Position numbers and translations under genes: made by a program
From: Oceanispirochaeta sp.
GTDB taxonomy: Bacteria > Spirochaetota > Spirochaetia > DSM-2461
Assembly: GCA_963663385.2 (NCBI GenBank)
Contig: CAXXXD010000003.1
Coordinates: 1,376,001-1,440,000, forward strand
DNA: 64,000 nucleotides
Direction of reading: 5' to 3'
Notes under the pieces: model-generated
What the model was told of the DNA's origin: nothing
What the model saw: the letters and a program-made list of their open reading frames with translations, nothing else
The model's database searches: none
Shown: one piece after another, positions 1 through 8,633 of the stretch
Position numbering within the stretch: position 1 is the stretch's first letter
Layout of the letters: every line of letters starts with the position of its first letter

Positions 1-2
1 TG

Positions 3-962
3 GAAAACAGTAAAATCAAGTACTCTTCTCTGGGTGTTATTCTACTAATTGTTGTTCTGTTCCCCTTTGTCATGTCCATGTATCAGACAAATATTATGAT
101 TACAGCCCTGATGTATGTAGTATTGGGTCTGGGATTAAATATCGTTGTCGGTTTTGGCGGGCTCCTGCATTTAGGGTATGCAGCTTTCTACGCCGTCGGA
201 GCCTACACATACGGATTGCTCTATTATCACTTCGGTTTGAATTTCTGGGTATGTATACCGATCGGAGCAGCGCTGAGTGCCCTTTTTGGTATCCTCCTGG
301 GATTCCCCGTTTTACGTCTCAGGGGAGACTACCTTGCTATTGTAACTCTTGCATTTGGAGAGATTGTGCGCCTGATACTGGAGAACTGGAATGATTTTTC
401 ATTTGGTCCAAGCGGTATAGCCCAGATTCCACGCCCTATGCTCTTCGGTATTAAACTTCGCCTGGCGGAGGTAACAACCCTGACATACTTCATAGCCATT
501 TTTCTGACAATCCTGACTATTATAGTTATCAGACGGATGGAAAGTTCCCGGATAGGCAGAGCCTGGGAAGCTATGAGAGAAGATGAGATAGCCTGTCAGG
601 CAATGGGAATTGATATTACCAGAGCCAAGTTGACCGCTTTTTCCATGGGCGCTGTATGGGCAGGAATTATGGGTGTACTCTTTGCAGCAAAAACAACATT
701 TATAAACCCGGCCAGTTTTACGACATGGGAGTCAATAGTTATTCTCTGTGTTGTCGTTATCGGCGGTATGGGTTCTATTCCAGGTGTAATAGCGGGAGCC
801 CTTATATTTATTTTAACACCCGAATATCTTAGGGCGTTTTCCGAATACAGAATGCTGATTTTCGGTTTGGCTCTGGTTATTATGATGATCTTTAAACCGG
901 GTGGAATCATTCCTAAGATCCGAAAGAACTATCAGTTTAAAACGAAGGAGATCAAAGAATGA
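3..962 (+). CDS. livM: Branched-chain amino acid ABC transporter permease, 5'-truncated by the window edge
   Basis: Frame is open from base 3. Motifs LGLNIVVG..GLL.LG, LRGDYLAIVTLAFGEI and GRAW.A.REDE; followed by two Liv ATPases. Confidence 0.93.
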   Translation, partial: ENSKIKYSSLGVILLIVVLFPFVMSMYQTNIMITALMYVVLGLGLNIVVGFGGLLHLGYAAFYAVGAYTYGLLYYHFGLNFWVCIPIGAALSALFGILLGFPVLRLRGDYLAIVTLAFGEIVRLILENWNDFSFGPSGIAQIPRPMLFGIKLRLAEVTTLTYFIAIFLTILTIIVIRRMESSRIGRAWEAMREDEIACQAMGIDITRAKLTAFSMGAVWAGIMGVLFAAKTTFINPASFTTWESIVILCVVVIGGMGSIPGVIAGALIFILTPEYLRAFSEYRMLIFGLALVIMMIFKPGGIIPKIRKNYQFKTKEIKE

Positions 963-1753
963 GCAATGCCCCCATACTGGAAGTAAATGACCTCTCCATG
1001 GTTTTCGGCGGGTTAAAGGCTGTGGACAATGTCAGCCTCAAGATTGACAAAGGGGAAATCGTAGCCCTGATTGGACCTAATGGAGCCGGAAAAACGACCT
1101 TTTTTAACTGTGTAACAGGTGTCTATGTGCCAACCCACGGAGAAGTGAAAGTTAACACTCCCGAGGGAAAATCTTTTATTCTGAATGGATTAAAGCCAAA
1201 TGTGATCAATGAAAAAGGTCTGGCTCGAACTTTTCAGAATATCCGTCTTTTCAGCAACATGACCGTCCTGGAGAATGTTATGATCGGCAGGCACCAGTGT
1301 CTGAAATCCGGTATCTTCAGCTCGGTACTGAGAACTCCGGCTAACAGAAGAGAAGAAGAAAAGGTTCTTGAAGACAGTTACGAGATTCTTAAAAAGATTG
1401 GTCTCGATGAATATGTAAATGAACTGGCCAGCAATCTTCCCTACGGTGCGCAGAGAAGGCTGGAAATTGCCAGAGCCATGGCAACGGAACCTTTTCTTCT
1501 GCTGCTTGATGAACCGGCAGCCGGGATGAATCCCCAGGAAACAAATGAACTGGTAGAGTTAATCCTTCGTCTTCGAAAGGAGGAGGATATTTCCATTCTT
1601 CTCATCGAACATGATATGAGCCTTGTCATGACTCTGTCTGAACGGATCTATGTTGTTGACTATGGAAAAATGATTGCCGAAGGAACTCCCCAGGAAATCA
1701 AGAATAATCCTCAGGTTATAAAGGCTTATCTGGGAGAAGATATCGATGCTTAA
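959..1753 (+). CDS. livG: Branched-chain amino acid ABC transporter ATP-binding protein
   Basis: GPNGAGKTT, ARTFQNIRLF, LPYGAQRRLEIARA, LLLDEPAAG, IEHDM, C-terminal AYLG. Confidence 0.95.
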   Translation: MSNAPILEVNDLSMVFGGLKAVDNVSLKIDKGEIVALIGPNGAGKTTFFNCVTGVYVPTHGEVKVNTPEGKSFILNGLKPNVINEKGLARTFQNIRLFSNMTVLENVMIGRHQCLKSGIFSSVLRTPANRREEEKVLEDSYEILKKIGLDEYVNELASNLPYGAQRRLEIARAMATEPFLLLLDEPAAGMNPQETNELVELILRLRKEEDISILLIEHDMSLVMTLSERIYVVDYGKMIAEGTPQEIKNNPQVIKAYLGEDIDA

Positions 1754-2453
1754 TATTCAAAATATCAGTACATTTTATGGTAACATACAGGCTTTGAAGG
1801 ATATTTCCATTTCTGTTCAGGAAGGGGAAATCATTACTCTCATTGGTGCCAACGGGGCGGGCAAGTCTACAACCCTCATGTCCCTTTGCGGTATCGTACC
1901 TGTTAAAAGCGGTTCAATAACTTTTGATGGTAAGGATATCACTCAGATGTCTCCCGATAGAATCGTCTCCCTTGGTATATCACAGGTTCCTGAGGGCAGG
2001 AGAATTTTCCCTCTACTTTCTGTTAAAGAAAACCTGGATATGGGGGCTTTTTTACGAAATGACAAGGAAGAGATTAAAAAAGATATCGAATATATCTACT
2101 CCCTTTTTCCCCGTCTGGCGGAAAGAAGGAACCAGCAGGGAGGAACCTTGAGCGGAGGAGAACAGCAGATGCTGGCTATCTCCCGTGCCATTATGGCCCG
2201 TCCACGGCTTCTCCTTCTTGATGAACCGTCACTCGGGCTGGCTCCGCTTATTGTTCAGCAGATTTTTGAAATTATTAAAAAGATTAATGAGGAGAACAAT
2301 ACAACAATCTTCCTGGTTGAGCAGAACGCTAATATGGCGCTTAAAATTGCTCACAGGGGATATGTTCTTGAAACGGGAACTATCACCATGACCGATGATG
2401 CGGATAAACTCCTCTCCAACGAAGAAGTCAAAAAAGCTTATCTGGGTATATAA
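1746..2453 (+). CDS. livF: Branched-chain amino acid ABC transporter ATP-binding protein
   Basis: GANGAGKST, VPEGRRIF, LSGGEQQMLA, LLDEPSLGLAP, VEQNA. Confidence 0.95.
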   Translation: MLNIQNISTFYGNIQALKDISISVQEGEIITLIGANGAGKSTTLMSLCGIVPVKSGSITFDGKDITQMSPDRIVSLGISQVPEGRRIFPLLSVKENLDMGAFLRNDKEEIKKDIEYIYSLFPRLAERRNQQGGTLSGGEQQMLAISRAIMARPRLLLLDEPSLGLAPLIVQQIFEIIKKINEENNTTIFLVEQNANMALKIAHRGYVLETGTITMTDDADKLLSNEEVKKAYLGI

Positions 2454-2479
2454 CGCTTTTATTGCAGTATTCCCAAATC

Positions 2480-2525
2480 TCTAACCTCTCTCCCTCTGGT
2501 AGAGGGGCCAGGGGAGAGGATTAGA
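2480..2525. repeat. GC-rich palindromic (REP-like) element or possible terminator between convergent genes
   Basis: tctaacctctctccc...ggggagaggattaga imperfect outer inverted repeat, with an alternative inner hairpin ccctct-ggt-agaggg. Confidence 0.55.
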
Positions 2526-2570
2526 AATGTACAAACTGATACGTAACAATAACACTAAAGATATATAGTA

Positions 2571-3368
2571 TTAAATCAGAATACCTTCCCGGTACTGTCC
2601 CGGTTTAACTGCAGCCCCTTTATACAATTCATCAATAATCTGGATAAGTTCCCTGTTGATGCGGATGATATCCGCCAGACTTGTCCAGGGATAACCGCTT
2701 AACAGTATTTCCTGTTCCATTCCACCCAGGCTGGAGGGATTCTTTAACCACAGATAGGTTACGGGAGTAACCTCATCAGCAGGAATCAGTTGAAGCATGC
2801 CAGGTAGAATCCTGTTGTCCACCCAGAAAGGGTCGATATTTTTGCATATATATATGATATACCAGTAAGAAAATTCACTTTTCTCATTAAACCTGCTGCG
2901 AATCATCCAGGGAGTATCAGAAAACAGAGTGCTGTACTGTACCAGATAGGACATTTCCTGAAGTACTTCAATCCTCAGTTTTTGGAGTAAGGCTGGTGAG
3001 GATTCGTTATCCGGACCATAATGGGGATTTATATAATATTCAATAAACTTCCTCTTGTCGGAATCCGACCAGTTAGTGAATTTAAGGGCAGCTGTTATTT
3101 TTTCAACGATAAAAAGATCCCTGGAGGCAAACAGATTGACCCTCAGGGTCAACCACTCCACACTGTCAATATCCCGTGATACCTCCGATAACAAATCATC
3201 AATTGCCGAAATACCGGATTGAATTTCCTCTATGGTATTATCGACAGTGAATGGTTCAGCTGGAGTCAGTTCGGGAAGATCTTTATTCTCATTAATATCA
3301 GTGTTCAGACTTGCACAGGAAGCCAGAAAAAAAAGAATTATCAATAAATAGGGACTAATCTTACTCAT
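2571..3368 (-). CDS. Hypothetical lipoprotein
   Basis: From ATG 3368: MSKISPYLLIILFFLASC, a signal peptide with lipobox LASC; no recognisable domain. Confidence 0.7.
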   Translation of the reverse strand: MSKISPYLLIILFFLASCASLNTDINENKDLPELTPAEPFTVDNTIEEIQSGISAIDDLLSEVSRDIDSVEWLTLRVNLFASRDLFIVEKITAALKFTNWSDSDKRKFIEYYINPHYGPDNESSPALLQKLRIEVLQEMSYLVQYSTLFSDTPWMIRSRFNEKSEFSYWYIIYICKNIDPFWVDNRILPGMLQLIPADEVTPVTYLWLKNPSSLGGMEQEILLSGYPWTSLADIIRINRELIQIIDELYKGAAVKPGQYREGILI

Positions 3369-3424
3369 ACACTGATTATACCTCATTTAATAGCATCTAC
3401 AACTTTGTATATATTATATGTTAT

Positions 3425-3652
3425 ATGAAATTTAAAATCTTAAAATACGACATTCGCGAGATCCAGATTACTCTGGACTGAATGGCTCCTGTTCATGATG
3501 CCAGACGTACCTTAAAAGGCGGCCAGCCCACTTTCCTGACAATCTCGAATAATGTGACCGAATGCCTTGCTGCAGGGATTCCCGTAAACCTGAGGGTTGT
3601 TCTGGACAGACGTACGATTGCTGCAATAAACATCTCCAGAGAACTGGTCTGA
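3425..3652 (+). pseudogene. Internal remnant of a radical SAM (SPASM/anSME-like) gene with an in-frame TGA
   Basis: Reads MKFKILKYDIREIQITLD*MAPVHDARRTLKGGQPTFLTISNNVTECLAAGIPVNLRVVLDRR. This matches the QITLDG-x4-HD-x-RR-x4-G-x2-TF radical SAM motif, with TGA (3479-3481) at the conserved Gly. No CxxxCxxC is present. Confidence 0.7.
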
Positions 3653-3675
3653 AAGACTTCTTCTCCCTTCTGATT

Positions 3676-5139
3676 CTACATCAGAGGAGAGAAGATCCGG
3701 CAAAAAGAGTTTCTCAACTGTTTCAAAAGGGACAAAGATTGAATCTCGTCCAATGTTATTTCACGGCATAATGATTTATCACTGTTAAACTGATTTTTCA
3801 GTTCAGCAGCAAGGGACTCATCATAAAAAACAGCATTCACTTCGTAGTTCAGTTTAAAACTGCGGATATCCATATTGCATGTACCAACTGTAGATACAAT
3901 ATTATCCATAACAATAACCTTACTGTGAAGAAAGCCTGCTTCATAGTGGAGGATTTTTACACCGGCATCCAGCAGAGGTTGAAAGTAGGTGAATGCGGAC
4001 CACCAGGCTATGTGTTTATCGGGAATACCCGCCATCATCAATGTAACATCAACACCGCTTAAAGCTGCCGATTCCATGGCCTTCAGTATGGCATCGTCCG
4101 GAATAAAGTAGGGACTCTGTATCAGAATCTCATGTTTGGCATTGGTTATCATATTAAAGTAGAGAAGCTCTATGGAACCCCATTTTGAATCGGGACCGCT
4201 TACGGCAACCTGTATCGGTATACCGCTGATATCCTCCAGCTGCTCTGGAAAAAAAACTTCCTTTATGAGCATTTCGTTTTTACAGTTAAACCAGTCTGTT
4301 AAAAAAATCGTTTGAAGGATTGATACGCAGCTACCCGTCAGTCTGACATGGGTATCCCGCCACTCACTGAAATGGGATCCACCGGTTATATATTCCTCGC
4401 CTATGTTCATCCCGCCTGTATAAGCAATTCGACCATCGATTACAACAATTTTTTTATGGTTGCTATAGTTGATTTTCAGCCTTGCGATCAGTCTGTTCAA
4501 GTCCATAAAATAACTGAACTCTATACCGGCATCTCTCAGTTCCCGTCTGTATTTAAAGGATATTCGTCCGAAAGAACCTAATCCGTCAAATATAAGCTTT
4601 ACCTGAACGCCAGTTCTGGCACGTTCGATCAGAATATCTTTAATTCGTTCTCCAAGAGAATCGGACCTCCATATGAAATACTCCATATGAATGGAAGTTT
4701 CAGCCCTCTTCAGTTCATTCAGCATGTCATCAAAATGCTCTTTTCCCCGGAAATATACCTTTACCTGATTATCAAGAGTTAAAGGGACCTGATTGGAAGT
4801 AAGCAGCAGATTCATGTTCTTTATTACATCCTGCATCGTTTCATCTTTACTGATTTCCGACTCATTAATCATATATTTCTGATCGGATAGCTCTTTCCCG
4901 AGATGTTCCTTAAAAAAGTCCTCGGGAAGTTGGGAAACAAGCTTATACCGATTCCACTTTCGCCATTCCACACCTATTAATATATAAAGCCCTATACCAA
5001 TCACAGGTACAATAAGAATAACAAGTATCCAGGCAATTGATGCTTCGCTCTGTTTGTTGGAAATTATAATTTCCAGAATAGCAATTATAGTAATAAAGAT
5101 GTTTAATATATAAAGATTTTCAATAATAGTGCTGATCAT
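3676..5139 (-). CDS. cls: Cardiolipin synthase
   Basis: Two N-terminal TM helices; two HKD motifs (NHKKIVVIDG..AYTGGMNIG and LHSKVIVMD...GTCNMDIRS); SPYFIP. Confidence 0.93.
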   Translation of the reverse strand: MISTIIENLYILNIFITIIAILEIIISNKQSEASIAWILVILIVPVIGIGLYILIGVEWRKWNRYKLVSQLPEDFFKEHLGKELSDQKYMINESEISKDETMQDVIKNMNLLLTSNQVPLTLDNQVKVYFRGKEHFDDMLNELKRAETSIHMEYFIWRSDSLGERIKDILIERARTGVQVKLIFDGLGSFGRISFKYRRELRDAGIEFSYFMDLNRLIARLKINYSNHKKIVVIDGRIAYTGGMNIGEEYITGGSHFSEWRDTHVRLTGSCVSILQTIFLTDWFNCKNEMLIKEVFFPEQLEDISGIPIQVAVSGPDSKWGSIELLYFNMITNAKHEILIQSPYFIPDDAILKAMESAALSGVDVTLMMAGIPDKHIAWWSAFTYFQPLLDAGVKILHYEAGFLHSKVIVMDNIVSTVGTCNMDIRSFKLNYEVNAVFYDESLAAELKNQFNSDKSLCREITLDEIQSLSLLKQLRNSFCRIFSPLM

Positions 5140-5251
5140 GATTCCTCCGACCGTCCGCTTACTCCATTTTGAAAGATGTTTCCTGTTTTATCAATTCAAT
5201 TCATCACACGAACTTCCCTTTATCCACATTTTCTGGTATTTTTCATGCCAT

Positions 5252-6181
5252 ATGGAAGCATTTATTCTAGGAACCGGCGGTATGATGCCCCTGCCGGGCA
5301 GATTTTTAACTTCAGTTCTCCTTCGTAGAGAAGGAGACCTTTTTCTGTTTGATTGCGGAGAGGGCACACAGATTTCTTTAAAAAAGCTTAATCTTCGTTG
5401 GAAGAAAATTACTAGCATATTTATTTCCCATACCCATGCTGATCATATTACCGGTCTTCCGGGGATTCTTATGCTGTCCTCCCAGGTTGAGCGATCCGAA
5501 CCTTTAACGATAATAGGTCCTCCCAAAATTCGTGAGTATATTGAGAGCAGCAGGAAGGTTCTGGATATGTTTATTAACTATGAGATCATAGTCAAGGAGA
5601 TTGAGAATCCGTCTGAACCTGGAGTAGTTTTTGAAACAGATGAATTCCGGATCCGTTCTTTTCCTTTGAATCATTCTAAAGTATGTGTCGGTTATACATT
5701 GGAGGAAAAAGATAGACCGGGAATATTCTATCCTGAAAAAGCACGCTCTCTGAATATTCCGGTCGGGCCCCTATGGTCCAAACTTCAAAATGGCAATACG
5801 ATTGAGCATGAAGGACAGAAAATACAGCCTTCCGATGTAATGGGGGAACCGAGAAAGGGGAGAAAATTCAGTTTTGTAACTGACACATCCTATATCCCTT
5901 CAATTTCAAGGGAAGTTAAGGATTCGGATCTCTTTATTTGTGAAGGCATGTTTGAACAAGCGCTCCTGATTTCTGCAAAAGAAAAAAAACACCTGACTTC
6001 CACTCAGTCAGCAAAAATTGCTAAAAAAGCCGGTGGTGTTAAGAAAATGGGATTGATTCATTATAGTCCCCGTTATACAGAGAGGGATCTGCATAATCTC
6101 CTTAAAGAAGCACGAACTGTTTTTCCGGAAACCTTTCTATGCCGTGACCAGATGATTCTGGAAATTCCCTTTACCGAATAA
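5252..6181 (+). CDS. rnz: Ribonuclease Z
   Basis: LGTGG..P, FDCGEGTQ, SHTHADHITGLPG, exosite GP motif, TDT, HYSPRY; start placed at MEAFILGTGG. Confidence 0.93.
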   Translation: MEAFILGTGGMMPLPGRFLTSVLLRREGDLFLFDCGEGTQISLKKLNLRWKKITSIFISHTHADHITGLPGILMLSSQVERSEPLTIIGPPKIREYIESSRKVLDMFINYEIIVKEIENPSEPGVVFETDEFRIRSFPLNHSKVCVGYTLEEKDRPGIFYPEKARSLNIPVGPLWSKLQNGNTIEHEGQKIQPSDVMGEPRKGRKFSFVTDTSYIPSISREVKDSDLFICEGMFEQALLISAKEKKHLTSTQSAKIAKKAGGVKKMGLIHYSPRYTERDLHNLLKEARTVFPETFLCRDQMILEIPFTE

Positions 6182-6204
6182 TACTGAACCAATAGAGAAT
6201 AGTT

Positions 6205-6242
6205 ATTAACGCCCCTCAAGCAAAGTCTGAAGGGGCGTTAAT
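6205..6242. terminator. Probable bidirectional intrinsic terminator
   Basis: attaacgcccct...aggggcgttaat 12-bp stem between convergent stop codons. Confidence 0.75.
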
Positions 6243-6243
6243 T

Positions 6244-7758
6244 TTAATTTTTTCCAAGAAATTCCCTGAATCTCTCAGGATCAGATCTGAACCCGACAAT
6301 TGGGTTTTCTTTATCTGCTTTATTAAGGGAAGAACTTGCTTCCCTAATCAGTCTATTGCCACTGATCAGTCGACCGTTTCGGGAGGACAACCCAACAGTT
6401 GTGGACATACTACCAATAGACTCTTCCAAACTCTTAAGAAAGTTTTGTATATCTTCTATTGATTCATCCAGATCCTTATTTGGATCTATAATAGCCAGAC
6501 TGTTTTCACCAGCTTCAAAAACAAGATCACTGTAGCGGAACTTTTCCTTAACCAGAGAAGTCAGCTTTTCCCAGGTTTCCGCTGGAGCCTGACTGTTCTT
6601 AAGTATAATAAGAACAAGGTCCTGATCAAAAGAAGCGGCCCTTTCAAGTTCCAGGCTCAGTCGTTCTTCAAGAAAATGCTCCCATCCCAAACCGCTATGT
6701 GGATTATAGAGGGAGGAGGCCGTAATATCTGAATCTGAATCAGATAATTCATCCGCCATAATTTCTTCATCAAAGGACATATCGCCGAATTCTTCTTCAG
6801 AAGGAAGATCCAGGCTGTCCAGTTCATCGAATGAAGCAGCTGTCTCTTCATGATCCATTGCCAGCAGATCATCATTATCCGGAATATCCGGAATACTGTC
6901 TTCCAGATTAAGATCATCCAGATCCAGGGGTTCATCCGAGGGCATATCAAAATCTTCATCCAGATTAACCGAGTCCTCTGAGGATAACTCCAGTTCAGTA
7001 TCCGGCTGCTCACTATCAAAGCTGTCCAAAGAGATATCATCACCAGCATCATCCAATGATATTTCATCATTAAAGGAAAAATCATCAGTATCCTTACTAT
7101 CTGAAAATCCCCTTTCCTCTGAACCTGGCAGTATATCCTGTTCTATATCAGATCCGGTTTCATCCGGAGACCACTTCTCATCATTTTCTATTGTCCCATG
7201 AGTTCGTCCTGCTGACATACTGAATACTACAATTAAAATAAGTGTTACAAAAAACAATGCAATAACAATTATCAGGGATATTTTCAGAATATAGAAAATC
7301 GATCCGCCCGGAAGAACAGTAAAGACACAGTCAATATTTGTTCCCGGTTTCGAAGCCAGATTCAAAGGAATGGTTCCGATACTGTGTACAAATCCGAGCC
7401 CTTTATACTGAGGAGACCGGCCTTCATCGGAATTTTCTTCAGCTGTTTTGATTCGAACCTGATTATTTCTACTATAGAAATATTCAATACCCGTATCATA
7501 AGAGTAAATCGATAGGGCAGTTAAGTCCTGATTGTCTTCAAATATTCCCTTGATTTTATCGCTGAACGCATTATTGTATAATGAATCGTTCTTTACAAAA
7601 AAATCTGAAACATCCGATGCTAAAACTGGAATTTTCTTTGCGATTATTTCAGAATTCATTCTACGCTGGTTAAATAGATAATATGCCGACCATCCAGCTG
7701 TAGCTAGTAGTATAACTATTACAAAGATGGTGTGTACTGTTGTTATCGCCTTTTTCAT
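6244..7758 (-). CDS. Two-TM membrane protein with an acidic linker and a degenerate GGDEF-like C-terminal domain
   Basis: Two TM helices flank a periplasmic region, followed by a D/E-rich linker. The C-terminus reads LYNPHSGL..LEERL..ELERA....QDL, with YSDLVFEAGENSLAII where RxxD..RYGGDEF would lie. Confidence 0.65.
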   Translation of the reverse strand: MKKAITTVHTIFVIVILLATAGWSAYYLFNQRRMNSEIIAKKIPVLASDVSDFFVKNDSLYNNAFSDKIKGIFEDNQDLTALSIYSYDTGIEYFYSRNNQVRIKTAEENSDEGRSPQYKGLGFVHSIGTIPLNLASKPGTNIDCVFTVLPGGSIFYILKISLIIVIALFFVTLILIVVFSMSAGRTHGTIENDEKWSPDETGSDIEQDILPGSEERGFSDSKDTDDFSFNDEISLDDAGDDISLDSFDSEQPDTELELSSEDSVNLDEDFDMPSDEPLDLDDLNLEDSIPDIPDNDDLLAMDHEETAASFDELDSLDLPSEEEFGDMSFDEEIMADELSDSDSDITASSLYNPHSGLGWEHFLEERLSLELERAASFDQDLVLIILKNSQAPAETWEKLTSLVKEKFRYSDLVFEAGENSLAIIDPNKDLDESIEDIQNFLKSLEESIGSMSTTVGLSSRNGRLISGNRLIREASSSLNKADKENPIVGFRSDPERFREFLGKN

Positions 7759-7814
7759 AGTACACATTATACGCAGAAATAAAGTTTTGTGCATTATTTT
7801 TTGGAGGTTTTTTT

Positions 7815-8633
7815 ATGTCCGTAAGAAAAATGAAACTACCCGAAGGCTGGTATCCGCATGATAAAAAAGGAATAGAGGAGTTTATCCGGGAATGGAATAC
7901 AAAAGGAGAAACCTATAGTAACAGTAGTATTGCCGGAATTGTTCCCCATGCAGGCTGGTATTTCTCCGGAAGATCTGCCTGGAACATAATCAGTAGAATT
8001 CCGGCGAATTGTACAACAGTAATAATTGCGGGAGGACATCTTCACAGCATACAGAACAGTATCTGCTGGAATGATGATGAGTATGAAACGCCCTTGGGAC
8101 CCTTGAAATTAAATAACAAACTTTTCAATTTATTCTGCGGAGATCTGGATGTGGACAGCTCACCGGATAATACTATTGAGATCCAACTTCCTCTGATTAA
8201 ATACAACAACCCGGAAGTTGAAATTCTGCCAGTGAGGCTGTCTCCCGTAAAAGACTCTTTTTTCTGGGGAGAAAAAATCGGATCTTATTGCAGAGCAAAT
8301 GGTATAAAAGCTTTTTTTCTTGGTTCCACTGATCTGACTCATTACGGAGCATCCTATGGCAACCTCCAGTACGAGAATAACGGTCATCCTGTCCAGGATG
8401 CCTGTAATCAGGATAGAAAGCTCATGGAGTATCTTGTTAAAGGAGATTATGATAAATCCATAGACTCAGTTGAGAAGTGGCAGACAGCCTGTTCTGTGGG
8501 GGGAGCTCTTGGAGCAGCGGGTTTCGCTAAATCTTTTGGAAAAATCCCGGGAACAATTCAATCCCTAACCGGGAGCTACGAAAAGATTCCGGATAAATCA
8601 AATTTTGTGAACTACGGATCTATACTCTTCTGA
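7815..8633 (+). CDS. amrB: AmmeMemoRadiSam system protein B (MEMO1 family)
   Basis: GWYP, IVPHAGWYFSG, YETPLG, TIEIQLP, STDLTHYG, TAC, C-terminal VNYGSI. Confidence 0.85.
   Translation: MSVRKMKLPEGWYPHDKKGIEEFIREWNTKGETYSNSSIAGIVPHAGWYFSGRSAWNIISRIPANCTTVIIAGGHLHSIQNSICWNDDEYETPLGPLKLNNKLFNLFCGDLDVDSSPDNTIEIQLPLIKYNNPEVEILPVRLSPVKDSFFWGEKIGSYCRANGIKAFFLGSTDLTHYGASYGNLQYENNGHPVQDACNQDRKLMEYLVKGDYDKSIDSVEKWQTACSVGGALGAAGFAKSFGKIPGTIQSLTGSYEKIPDKSNFVNYGSILF

Noticed and set aside
3479..3481. TGA as selenocysteine or a recoded codon
   Set aside because: The position corresponds to a conserved Gly rather than Cys, the gene is truncated on both sides, and TGA is a normal stop elsewhere in the window (e.g. 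the TPR gene at 23562, mreB).
5129..5251. N-terminal extensions given by the ORF track for rnz (also for folK, scpA, the HAD gene and the 60438 ORF)
   Set aside because: The extensions overlap neighbouring genes or promoters, and family similarity starts at the downstream ATG.
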